DNA of 64,000 bases, taken from the sequence record PV029745.1; one strand, 5' to 3'. The notes beneath the pieces are model-generated. The model was not told where the DNA came from. It ran no database searches and worked only from the letters and a program-made list of their open reading frames with translations. Positions 17,900-26,781 of the stretch are shown piece by piece. How positions within the stretch are numbered: the first letter of the stretch is position 1; each line of letters opens with the position of its first letter. The position numbers were made by a program, and so were the translations under genes.

Positions 17900-19468
17900 A
17901 TGTTTGAATCGTTGTTGTCAGTACTCATTAAGGTAACAGAAAATAAATTACCCGGTCCCTCTACCTTTGAATACGGTGATTCGACACTTGGTCTGTATGG
18001 TGAGTTAGCAAGTGATAAGTTTATAACTTACCCTCAGTTAAGAACACTTGTTGAACTCGATTCCATTGGTAGCATAAATACCGATGCCGGCTGGATTAAG
18101 GTATCTAGGAATAATGTTGTCATGTATTATTCAAAGACAGCTATTCTCCGATCCATTAGTCCAAACCAACTTGATACCGCTGGTTTAATAGATGGTAGTA
18201 AAGTTATTGTAATTGACGGAAATATGTTTAAAGTCCGTCTTATGAATGCAGGTGAAAATCCTTATTCTGATATTACTACCCAAGGTAATGAAGGTTCCGA
18301 GTTATGGGATATTTTTGGTAACGTTACAACCAAAGGAAGCTGGGCGAAATATACAGATTCTCAACTTATAGGTGCTGAAGGCGGTAGTTATAGCTGGGCG
18401 GCTAATAGAAATACAAATGGTAATTATCTACAGTTCTCGCCTTCGTCTACTCATCCCCAGGCAAAGAATGGAGTTTATGTTTACGACGGACACCCACCGA
18501 CGGAAGCTACTAATTATAGAGGATGGCGTCCAGTACTAGAATATATTCCACCTAAGGAACTTAAAGGTTTATCGTCTGTACTATCGACAGTAAATCCACC
18601 ACCACAACGTGGGATGCCAGTGCTTGCATATGACTCGGATAACAATGATATCTATATGGCTTGTGGATATACAACTGGACCAACTGCTTTCATGTCCGAC
18701 CTACATCGATTAGACATGGATACAAAAACATGGACTAAGTTACCATCGGTTGTGCCATTCCAAGGTGAAACCACTACCACGAATATGGTTTACAGTAACG
18801 GTAAATTAATTCTTCATGGTAACCCATTGTCAACTGGGCCAACTATTTATATTTACACCATAGCTACTGATACCTGGGAAACTAAAAAGCTCGCGGCTAT
18901 TCCAGGTTTGGTTGACGCTTACTACATCGAACGTACAGCCAGTATAGTTAAAGATGACATACTCTATATTGTCGGTGGTTTCTCTGGTCGAAACGATAAG
19001 ATCCATAAGAGTATTATAACGGTTGATCTAACCTCCTACTCAATCGATCTTATTGAAAATATTCTACCATTTGAGGCTTGGCATCACGATCTTGGATTTA
19101 ATGATAATAACGAATTAGTTATTGTTGCATCTCAAGGTAGATTATCTATTGGTGGAACAAATATCACACCAACGGACTATATAAAAATTAGTCCCGATTT
19201 TAGTGCCGCTGAGACCATCCCTTTAAATGCACCGGCTAATAAGTATTCGACGTATAGGTCTATTGTTTTCGGCAACAATATCTATATTACGAATAATACT
19301 ACAACACAGTTAGCATTGGTACAACTTAATAAAGAACCAGAGCTAATCGGAGATCCTTTCCCTACAATTAGGTCGTATGAAGAAATGGTGATTACATCAG
19401 CTGGTGTATATAGATTCAGCGGTGATGTTTCTAAAACAGCACCTGTAGTCGAATACGAAATTAAATAA
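17900..19468 (+). CDS. phiKZ gp131-like virion structural domain fused to a Kelch-like propeller
   Basis: Starts MFESLLS; PGP...GDSTLGLYGEL...GWIK...FKVRLM...GWRPVLE domain, then IYMACG / LYIVGG blades. Confidence 0.75.
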   Translation: MFESLLSVLIKVTENKLPGPSTFEYGDSTLGLYGELASDKFITYPQLRTLVELDSIGSINTDAGWIKVSRNNVVMYYSKTAILRSISPNQLDTAGLIDGSKVIVIDGNMFKVRLMNAGENPYSDITTQGNEGSELWDIFGNVTTKGSWAKYTDSQLIGAEGGSYSWAANRNTNGNYLQFSPSSTHPQAKNGVYVYDGHPPTEATNYRGWRPVLEYIPPKELKGLSSVLSTVNPPPQRGMPVLAYDSDNNDIYMACGYTTGPTAFMSDLHRLDMDTKTWTKLPSVVPFQGETTTTNMVYSNGKLILHGNPLSTGPTIYIYTIATDTWETKKLAAIPGLVDAYYIERTASIVKDDILYIVGGFSGRNDKIHKSIITVDLTSYSIDLIENILPFEAWHHDLGFNDNNELVIVASQGRLSIGGTNITPTDYIKISPDFSAAETIPLNAPANKYSTYRSIVFGNNIYITNNTTTQLALVQLNKEPELIGDPFPTIRSYEEMVITSAGVYRFSGDVSKTAPVVEYEIK

Positions 19469-19507
19469 TACTTCGTGTCTAATAGTATACGAGAGTATTC
19501 AATTTTC

Positions 19508-19585
<78 letters not shown>

Positions 19586-19605
19586 GTTTAAGTAGTTTAA
19601 AATTA

Positions 19606-19682
19606 GGCTCCATAGTTCAGTTGGTTAGAATGCTTGCCTGTCACGCAAGAGGTCGCCGGTTCAAGTCCGGCTGGAGTCGCCA
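19606..19682 (+). tRNA. tRNA-Asp (anticodon GTC)
   Basis: GGCTCCA/TGGAGTC acceptor, CTTGC-CTGTCAC-GCAAG, G73+CCA. Confidence 0.96.
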
Positions 19683-19690
19683 AACATAAC

Positions 19691-19715
19691 AAGGAATCTT
19701 CGGATTCCTTTTATG
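19691..19715 (+). terminator. Intrinsic terminator with UUCG loop
   Basis: AAGGAATC-TTCG-GATTCCTT-TTATG. Confidence 0.8.
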
Positions 19716-19776
19716 CCGTAACATGAATATACTGAAAGACCAGATCCTATGGTTAAACATTATCTAGGGTAAAGAC

Positions 19777-19962
19777 GTGTCACTAAAAGCTTTGCAGGGT
19801 ATAGCTAGTAGTGTTCCTACAAATGAACAAAAGGAACGATTGGCTAAAGTTCGAGAAACAATGGAAGAGCTAAACGAATCTATTAAAAGACAAATTCGGA
19901 ATAGAAAGCCAAGCGCTACTCTTCTCAACAAAACAGTAAACTGGGGAAACAAATATGACTAA
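19777..19962 (+). CDS. Small coiled-coil hypothetical protein
   Basis: GTG start; overlaps the next gene. Confidence 0.55.
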   Translation: MSLKALQGIASSVPTNEQKERLAKVRETMEELNESIKRQIRNRKPSATLLNKTVNWGNKYD

Positions 19963-20254
19963 GACTCTGGTTCGTGCTAAACTGATTACGGAAACAGGTG
20001 CTTGGATGTCTTCTGATTGGGGGAGTGGATTTATCGCTAGTCGGTTTGTTAAGACGAGTGGAGATACCATTACTCCTAACGAATTCGAGTCTCTGATCAC
20101 TGACTTTGAAGTTGGCAATATGCTCGTTGTATGGCCTAACGGATTGAGAACTTCTTATAAAACAGAAAGCTTTGATAAGAACTTTACACACGTGAAGGAC
20201 GAGTATTATCAAACTGATTTGCGTCCATTGTTCTATACAGGGAGTAAACAGTAA
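19955..20254 (+). CDS. Hypothetical protein
   Basis: GGGGA SD; TAATG coupling to the next gene. Confidence 0.7.
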   Translation: MTKTLVRAKLITETGAWMSSDWGSGFIASRFVKTSGDTITPNEFESLITDFEVGNMLVVWPNGLRTSYKTESFDKNFTHVKDEYYQTDLRPLFYTGSKQ

Positions 20255-20514
20255 TGGCTTTCGCATGTTGTAATGCCGTCTATATGAACTACATCAATCA
20301 TGATAGTAGTTTTAACATCGATGTATTAAGAAAGATATTTGGCGTTGTAGACGATATCGTTCAGAAAGAACGTACAGACGAGTTAGCTGTATGGCATGCT
20401 AAGAAACATGATGTACCTGTAGCTAAGGCTACGTTTGTAATCATAGGTGGAATTGAGCAAGAACTCTGTACCTGTGATTGTCATAAGCATGACGGTTTGA
20501 ACGTTTTACATTGA
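20254..20514 (+). CDS. Hypothetical protein
   Basis: GGGAG SD, coupled start. Confidence 0.65.
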   Translation: MAFACCNAVYMNYINHDSSFNIDVLRKIFGVVDDIVQKERTDELAVWHAKKHDVPVAKATFVIIGGIEQELCTCDCHKHDGLNVLH

Positions 20515-20521
20515 GGTGATT

Positions 20522-20698
20522 ATGAGTACACTGGTACATAAATACGTTGCGTTCACACGAACTTTTAAACTCACTGAAATCAAGATGGATAAGGGTGATC
20601 GTATGGTTCGTGTTGGTGGTGGTTTCAATAAAGGTAAAGGGTTTTTTAGAGTAGACTTAGGTGCACTTGGCTACCGTATAACTCGCCGAAATAGATAA
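20522..20698 (+). CDS. Small basic hypothetical protein
   Basis: GAGGTG SD; followed by a hairpin at 20703-20729. Confidence 0.6.
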   Translation: MSTLVHKYVAFTRTFKLTEIKMDKGDRMVRVGGGFNKGKGFFRVDLGALGYRITRRNR

Positions 20699-20878
20699 CA
20701 TAAAAGCCTTCCCCACTGATGAAGGCTTTGTTTCGTCATTAGAGATCGTTAGAACTCCCACTGCACTGAACAACCCCGATTACGCTCGTCTTGCTCGTGG
20801 TGTTATTACAAAGACAGTTGCTACCGATACAACAAATAGAGTGTTGTGGCCACTGTTTAAATATAGAGGGCGAGTTTA

Positions 20879-21763
20879 ATGAAGATTACGTTTTATGGGA
20901 CTGGAGTTGCTTGTAAGGAATATCGTGTTTATGCATCAGCCGAAATCACTGATCTTAATACACTAACGCCAATTGCAACCATTCCAGCTACTCCGCCTTA
21001 CCGTAACTATCATGAAGTTGATTTCAATGCCATAAAGAACGTTCAGTACTATGTTGTTATTAGGCAGGTATTAGAAGAAGGTTTATTCTTAGATACCGGT
21101 CATACTACCTGTATAGAACGTAATACTGGTGCCTTGTCTAATAATGCCGACATGGGTGTAGACAGGCTACAAAGGGGTGATTCTACATTGGGCTATTTCG
21201 GTACAGTCCCTATGGAAGACTTACCTGGACTAACAGAACTCGTAGCAGCATATAGCTCTCTCAGGAGTGCTGACCTCAAGGGTACTACTAAACCTCCTTA
21301 TGGAAAGTTTATGGTTAACAATGAGGTATATTTCATTCCATCCAGCGTACATAACTGGTTGTATCCAAATGAAGTATATGCAGCTGGGTTTGCAGCTGTC
21401 GAGGGAACACTTGACGGTACTTATATAACTCCGCAGATAAAAAGTGACAGTCGATTTAAAGGTCTAGTTGAACAAGGACGCGATATTATCTATCAAGGAC
21501 ATACCTACCGACCATTCATTATGGATCAGTGGATGTTTGATAATCTGTTCACTCCGATGAACAATAATAAACAGTTACGGACAGCATCTAACTTACAAGT
21601 TAAATATGATACAATAAGTAAGAAGGATGCTTATACAGCAGTTGCGCTTTCTAATAACAAGGCATCTAAATACGTTAGGCAAAATACAGTCGGGGCAACT
21701 ATTCTTTGGTACGACCACTGGCTATTGTCTAATATTGATATCTGCTGGAAGCTGATGGAATAA
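20879..21763 (+). CDS. Probable virion structural protein (gp131-like GDSTLGYFG domain)
   Basis: RGDSTLGYFGTV...YGKFMVNNEVYFIP...GHTYR parallels the N-terminal domain of 17900-19468. Confidence 0.6.
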   Translation: MKITFYGTGVACKEYRVYASAEITDLNTLTPIATIPATPPYRNYHEVDFNAIKNVQYYVVIRQVLEEGLFLDTGHTTCIERNTGALSNNADMGVDRLQRGDSTLGYFGTVPMEDLPGLTELVAAYSSLRSADLKGTTKPPYGKFMVNNEVYFIPSSVHNWLYPNEVYAAGFAAVEGTLDGTYITPQIKSDSRFKGLVEQGRDIIYQGHTYRPFIMDQWMFDNLFTPMNNNKQLRTASNLQVKYDTISKKDAYTAVALSNNKASKYVRQNTVGATILWYDHWLLSNIDICWKLME

Positions 21764-21780
21764 AAAAAATAAGGCATATA

Positions 21781-21802
21781 GCCCTCTCCCGAAGGAGAGG
21801 GC
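21781..21802. terminator. Bidirectional terminator at the strand switch
   Basis: GCCCTCTCCCGAAGGAGAGGGC between convergent blocks; exact copies at 53175 and 56052. Confidence 0.85.
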
Positions 21803-21813
21803 TATATGTCGTC

Positions 21814-22347
21814 TTATACCAACTCGACTACATCGTAATCGTGATGTTTACCTTTACCGGTCCACCAGGCAAATTTACCGTCCTTGTTGATCCGATAACC
21901 ATCTCTTTCGGTCAGAGGATTCACAGCCAGATAGGTAGCGAATTGGGGATGGTCGTTATAGACTGGAAAACGATCGATAAGGAGTTTGGAAAATGGGAGA
22001 ATGTCGCGCATCGACTTATACAGCGGTGCGGTGATAGCGCGGTTATATTCTGTCAGGATGCGATTGACCTCAATGAATACAGGATCTTTTTCATCGATCA
22101 ACCATGGCGTTTCACCTTCATTCAGAAGGAGCTGCTCACCATAGATCGGTATAGCAACTTCATAATCCTTTACGAATGCGAGACCACCTTTATTACCGGT
22201 TACTTCGGTGTGAATGATATTACCGTTATCATCACGCATTTGTACACGCCAGGTCATACCGAGCAGTTTTGCAGCGTGAACCATCCTTTCAACAAAGGTT
22301 TTGAAAGTGAAGAGTTCTTTTGCAATAGCGATTTCATGTTGAGACAT
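21814..22347 (-). CDS. Hypothetical protein
   Basis: 177 aa, AAGGA SD. Confidence 0.72.
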   Translation of the reverse strand: MSQHEIAIAKELFTFKTFVERMVHAAKLLGMTWRVQMRDDNGNIIHTEVTGNKGGLAFVKDYEVAIPIYGEQLLLNEGETPWLIDEKDPVFIEVNRILTEYNRAITAPLYKSMRDILPFSKLLIDRFPVYNDHPQFATYLAVNPLTERDGYRINKDGKFAWWTGKGKHHDYDVVELV

Positions 22348-22359
22348 TTTAATTTCCTT

Positions 22360-22488
22360 TTAAAAAAGTTGGATAACAGAAATGATGACAACGACACTGA
22401 TGAACGACCACATCAATCCACGTTGTAGCTTATCTTTACGCATATCACGTTGACGACGTTTAAGCCGTTCTTCAGGGAGGTTGCGCAT
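22360..22488 (-). CDS. Small membrane protein (42 aa, not in the ORF track)
   Basis: Basic N-terminus then GLMWSFISVVVIISVIQLF; fills the gap between neighbours. Confidence 0.55.
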   Translation of the reverse strand: MRNLPEERLKRRQRDMRKDKLQRGLMWSFISVVVIISVIQLF

Positions 22489-22493
22489 TATAT

Positions 22494-23171
22494 TTACCTA
22501 TTTACGATATTAACTGGGCGTGGTTTAGAGTTAACCGAAATCTTTTTCACTGCTCGACTAGCAACCCAATGACGTGCACGATCACTAAGGTCGTTGTCAC
22601 GTGTGAGTATATTAGATTCAGCATTCCAGTGGTCAAACCGCCTACCCAAAACGGGATAATGTGCTTGCGCTAGAACCATACATTCCAACGGACTCAGTTT
22701 GTTCTCAGCCGAGGTGAATACATTATTCAGCAGTTCAACCGCTACAGCGCATCCAAAGATGATTGGTTTCCGTGCAGGCGTGGAATAATAATTGCTCCTA
22801 AACATGTCATGGGTTGATTCGAACACATGAAGAACATTATCCTCATCGATGAGGATGTATTCGGCATTAGGCGTAAGCAGGTGTTGGAAATTCTTTGCGG
22901 TCTCTGCTAGACTATGTACATCATCTCCTGTCTCCAAGAAATTCAACCAGCAATGACGATGTTCCGTATCACCAACCATTGTAAATGCTTTTATAGCTCG
23001 ACCCCAGACTTTAGCTTCCCATTTGTTCTCAGAAGCAAGATAAATCTTAGACTTGTCCAGTTCCACGTAGTATGGTTGTGGTGTACCATCCTCTCCAGTG
23101 ATATCGCTCTGGGTGATCGTAGTAACTCGATCAACCAAAAGATCCTTACCATCCCATATGACAATAGTCAT
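22494..23171 (-). CDS. Ntn-hydrolase / proteasome-beta-like protein
   Basis: MTIVIWDGKDLLVDR resembles phage MTTIAWDG..LAAD proteins; Thr2 would be the nucleophile. Confidence 0.45.
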   Translation of the reverse strand: MTIVIWDGKDLLVDRVTTITQSDITGEDGTPQPYYVELDKSKIYLASENKWEAKVWGRAIKAFTMVGDTEHRHCWLNFLETGDDVHSLAETAKNFQHLLTPNAEYILIDEDNVLHVFESTHDMFRSNYYSTPARKPIIFGCAVAVELLNNVFTSAENKLSPLECMVLAQAHYPVLGRRFDHWNAESNILTRDNDLSDRARHWVASRAVKKISVNSKPRPVNIVNR

Positions 23172-23204
23172 TCTTTATATTCTCCTGTTTACAAGCTGAG
23201 ACGG

Positions 23205-23232
23205 AATAAAACCCGCTCCTCAACGGAGCGGG
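23205..23232 (-). terminator. Intrinsic terminator
   Basis: Minus strand CCCGCTCC-gttga-GGAGCGGG-TTTTATT. Confidence 0.8.
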
Positions 23233-23244
23233 CTATTCGTTAGA

Positions 23245-23572
23245 TTACCTTACCAGAAAGCTGGCCAGCTAAGGCACCGATTACGGGTCGGCACCCATCT
23301 GGTTAGGTAACGCCACTCGGGGATACCCCTCTCAACTGGAGGTAGTAACCGTCGTAACTTCAGATATAAAGACGGCCAAGTCAATATACCTGCTTCGGCT
23401 TGATCCTTTGGCATGGATCGCTGTTATTCTCTCCGATCTTATGCGGAGAGAGCCCACTTACACCGAAAGCTAGTGGGAATAAGGTGAGGTCACTGCGGCA
23501 CCCTAATATGGCGACGGGGAGCCTTAGGGGAGATGATCCGGGTGACCTCTGTTCTGTTGGGACATTAGTCCT
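23245..23572 (-). ncRNA. Candidate large structured ncRNA (about 330 nt)
   Basis: No credible ORF; about 10 helices; upstream motif GTAATGATATACG (23585-23573) and downstream terminator. Confidence 0.6.
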
Positions 23573-23600
23573 CGTATATCATTACAACTCAAGTATTCTT

Positions 23601-24131
23601 TTACGAGAGTTTAACTTCTACGTCAACTGACTCAAGACCAGCCCCGTTTCTTTTATTAGATCCACGTGCTAGCAGGTAACGAGACCAGGTCTCCGCTTGC
23701 ACTCGGTCAAACTTAAAGTAGATATGCTGCATGATCATCTTACTCAGGTCAGCGATTTCTTTCGACACCATATCAAAGAACAGGTCTTTGTCCATTACGT
23801 CAGCATCATAACGAGCCAGCTCAACGTTGCAATACTGTGCTTTCACTTTATCATAGAACTCAACAGCAGGTTCTTGATGAAAGTAATGGACTTTGTTATC
23901 TTTGATTTCGATACCATGGAGAGTGATCTCGATGTGGTTGCTATGATAGAAATGTTCACGCATAGCTTTATTAAACTCTTCCACCATCTTATCCAGATGG
24001 ATACCTCTAATAACCTCTTTGGTAGTGAATAGATAATTGCCATTTGGATCAACGTATTGTTCGCGCGCCCAAAGACAGCACAGACCAATAGGAATGATCT
24101 CAGTGGGGATACGTAGATCACTGAGCTGCAT
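23601..24131 (-). CDS. Hypothetical protein
   Basis: Start chosen from GGAG SD. Confidence 0.7.
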   Translation of the reverse strand: MQLSDLRIPTEIIPIGLCCLWAREQYVDPNGNYLFTTKEVIRGIHLDKMVEEFNKAMREHFYHSNHIEITLHGIEIKDNKVHYFHQEPAVEFYDKVKAQYCNVELARYDADVMDKDLFFDMVSKEIADLSKMIMQHIYFKFDRVQAETWSRYLLARGSNKRNGAGLESVDVEVKLS

Positions 24132-24585
24132 CGAGTTGCTCCTTCTTTGCATGGATGGATTTGGTTATGATAGTACGTCGTTCGCTTGCTGCATTGGACA
24201 TTATTGTAATTTGTTCTTGCATTTGAGTAAACAGCAAAAGTTCCAACATGGTGAGCAGCATATGCTCAATCCAGAGACGTACACACACCTTGTTCATAGG
24301 GGCAGTGTAATTGAGAGGCTGGACGACCTTAGCAAGTGCGCCAGTCAGCGGGCAGGTAAAGCAGATATGTAGATTCTCGCTATCGCTATCTTCTGCCCAG
24401 TGAACATCTTCTCCCTCGCCATGTACCATATTCGTTACATGGACAACCGGCTGATGCTCAAATGCTTCGGGATGAGGAGTCGTGCCTTTCTCCGCGCATT
24501 GATCAAGATAGATATCGCGAATGACAGCCGTAAGCTCAGCTGGCTCAAGAGACGGCATAAAAGGGAATTTAAGAGTTACTGCCAT
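24118..24585 (-). CDS. Hypothetical protein
   Basis: Start chosen from AGGA SD. Confidence 0.7.
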   Translation of the reverse strand: MAVTLKFPFMPSLEPAELTAVIRDIYLDQCAEKGTTPHPEAFEHQPVVHVTNMVHGEGEDVHWAEDSDSENLHICFTCPLTGALAKVVQPLNYTAPMNKVCVRLWIEHMLLTMLELLLFTQMQEQITIMSNAASERRTIITKSIHAKKEQLDAAQ

Positions 24586-24610
24586 TTGAAGGTTCCTATT
24601 GACGAGAGAC

Positions 24611-24642
24611 AAAATAAACCCCTCCCCCGATCAAGGGGAGGG
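24611..24642 (-). terminator. Intrinsic terminator
   Basis: Minus strand CCCTCCCC-ttgatcg-GGGGAGGG then TTTATTTT. Confidence 0.75.
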
Positions 24643-24790
24643 AGCTCAAGGTTGGTTGTGACACTAGTCACAGGGATCAGCCGATGGAAGACCCCTAAAG
24701 GTGATGGGACTCTAACCCATCGTGTCGATCGCTGGATTTCAGCCCAGCTTAACCAAATTGTAAAAGAGCTATCGTAAAGGATCAGGAAAC
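24643..24790 (-). ncRNA. Candidate structured ncRNA (about 140 nt)
   Basis: Closed multibranch fold with three hairpins immediately before a terminator. Confidence 0.45.
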
Positions 24791-24815
24791 GCATATGATA
24801 GTGCGTAACCTTTAA

Positions 24816-25238
24816 CTAAACGATTACCTCCCTAGGTGGAGGTTCGACCTTTGTCCAATCTAAAGTTAGAGGAGTAGCTATCTCTTCCTTCATTTTGAAC
24901 TCAACGATAGTACGTTGTCCAAAGTGCTTAACACCTAACATGTACCCATCGATGGCAACTTCGTATTGTCTACATAATTTACGGATGTATAACTCAGTGT
25001 CAGTTTCAACACGAGGATCTTCCGCTGTAGAACGATGTTGATGATCCCAGAAAATACAGAACTCTAGTTTCTGCCAGTTACTGAATTCTGGGTTATAGGA
25101 GAATTGATGTAGATGGGCCGCCTCATGTTCCTCTCCAACATAGAACATTAGACTATCAGTGGGCTCTCTAGTCAACTCACTGAAGTCGACTTTTTGCCCA
25201 CCTTTAGTGAGATCGACAACAATGAGTTGAGAAGCCAT
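24816..25238 (-). CDS. Hypothetical protein
   Basis: TAATG coupling with the upstream gene. Confidence 0.72.
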   Translation of the reverse strand: MASQLIVVDLTKGGQKVDFSELTREPTDSLMFYVGEEHEAAHLHQFSYNPEFSNWQKLEFCIFWDHQHRSTAEDPRVETDTELYIRKLCRQYEVAIDGYMLGVKHFGQRTIVEFKMKEEIATPLTLDWTKVEPPPREVIV

Positions 25239-25939
25239 TATGCGCTCCGTCGGCTATCGGTCAGAGAACGGATGGTTCTACTGTCCGCCTCATTACGATT
25301 TTTATTCCGCGTGCGTTCAACTACACGGAATACATTTACATGTTGTTCATCAACTTCATAATTCTCAAACAGTTCACCAAAGTTGTTGGTCAACGAATCT
25401 ACGATCAGTCGTTTGGCATCTACCTCATTGATGTAGTGATAGAGAATAACGCCACGATGATACAGGAACAGAGGATAGTCCTGACCATTGATTCGAACTT
25501 CAGCTGCGAAGCCTCCGTAAGACATGGTGTCTGAATTGATGTCTTCGCGATATACATCCAACTGCACGTTATTGATCGTGTGCATTTGGATCATGTCGTT
25601 TCCATGACCACCAAAGAAGGTGGGACGCTTACGACCAGTTACAACATCTTGGATAGATTCCATCAGTCGTGATACGTCTGTAACGATCTCGATTACATCG
25701 CACAGTTTGTTGATTGCTTCGAGGAAACGAGCTTTCATTTCATCGACCTCGAAACTAGACCATGCCCGAGTTTCGTGGTTGAGAATGTTAACGCCAAACC
25801 AGGCATAACCGTTGTTATGTTTTACCTTTACGCACAGATGCGGTACATCATCCAAACCAGACTGATGATTCAACGTATAATCACTGATGCGTTTCAGGAC
25901 CAGTTGTACGAAGGGAAGATTGATGATCTTTGTCGACAT
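25238..25939 (-). CDS. Hypothetical protein
   Basis: 233 aa, AGGA SD. Confidence 0.75.
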   Translation of the reverse strand: MSTKIINLPFVQLVLKRISDYTLNHQSGLDDVPHLCVKVKHNNGYAWFGVNILNHETRAWSSFEVDEMKARFLEAINKLCDVIEIVTDVSRLMESIQDVVTGRKRPTFFGGHGNDMIQMHTINNVQLDVYREDINSDTMSYGGFAAEVRINGQDYPLFLYHRGVILYHYINEVDAKRLIVDSLTNNFGELFENYEVDEQHVNVFRVVERTRNKNRNEADSRTIRSLTDSRRSA

Positions 25940-26016
25940 GGAGCTATTCCTATTAATTCTTAAAAGAGATTAGAGGCTACATAAGCACTCACTAGATTAT
26001 GTAGCCTCAGTACATT

Positions 26017-26706
26017 TTAATGACGAGTGAAGCTTTGATTCAAGCATCGACCCATAGGGGAATCGATGGTGAAGTTTTCCATGATCTCGATTGCTTCATC
26101 AATCGACTTGAACTCAGCTACCTCGGTGATAGTGAAACCCCGACATTTCAGGATATCTTCAGCTTGTTCAGTAACGAAGCTCTGAAGAAGCTTGTTCGAA
26201 CGGAAATGGTGAGAGTGTTCGATCTTACCAATGTAGTACATGAACTTGGTCAGTACTTCATATTCCGTGGTATTATTATTACGGGTTTTCGTCAGGAAAT
26301 AATCCGCCGACTTATCATGGCGGATGACGAACACCCGACCATTGGAAGATTTACGTGGCGCAGTTCGTTGCAGAAGTTGATCCCTTTGATCCAACTCTTC
26401 TCGCAGTTGTTCCACATTGATCTCCGGTTTAGTACAGAACCAAAGATCCAGTTTTTGGCCAGCCTTTACTGCTTCATCAATAGCAACCGGCATGTTTGCC
26501 ATACTTCCAGAACGGAAGCGTTGCATTACAGCAGAAAATGACGGAGACTCCGCAAGCCATACGTCCCCAGTATCGCGGGTGACCAAAGCATACCAACCCT
26601 TTTTAACTTTAGGTGGGGTTGAGGTATTGGTGAAGTCAGCCATGTATTTCATGATCAGGCGGCGAGTATTCTCGTACGCTGCGGTCTTGGAATCATTAGT
26701 GTACAT
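26017..26706 (-). CDS. Hypothetical protein with two GIY-YIG-like repeats
   Basis: KGWYALVTRDTGDVWLAES and GRVFVIRHDKSADYFLTKT resemble degenerate GIY-YIG beta-hairpins. Confidence 0.45.
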   Translation of the reverse strand: MYTNDSKTAAYENTRRLIMKYMADFTNTSTPPKVKKGWYALVTRDTGDVWLAESPSFSAVMQRFRSGSMANMPVAIDEAVKAGQKLDLWFCTKPEINVEQLREELDQRDQLLQRTAPRKSSNGRVFVIRHDKSADYFLTKTRNNNTTEYEVLTKFMYYIGKIEHSHHFRSNKLLQSFVTEQAEDILKCRGFTITEVAEFKSIDEAIEIMENFTIDSPMGRCLNQSFTRH

Positions 26707-26781
26707 CAGGTACTCCTCTTAGAATTTGTATTTTCTATTTAATTGAGAAAAGCGGTGGGTTTTCCCCACCGCAATATATCG

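Noticed and set aside
20700-20878. Intergenic gap as another ncRNA
   Set aside because: Apart from the terminator-like hairpin at 20703-20729, I found no convincing helices or promoter motif.
23245-23572. CsrA/RsmA sponge on the plus strand (about 8 GGA motifs)
   Set aside because: The count is close to chance for this GC content, most lie in stems, and the terminator and promoter point to the minus strand.
23400-23630. 76-aa plus-strand ORF (also the 24400-24777 and 24576-24794 ORFs)
   Set aside because: No SD or TTG start in the first case, atypical composition, and they overlap structured elements or real genes.
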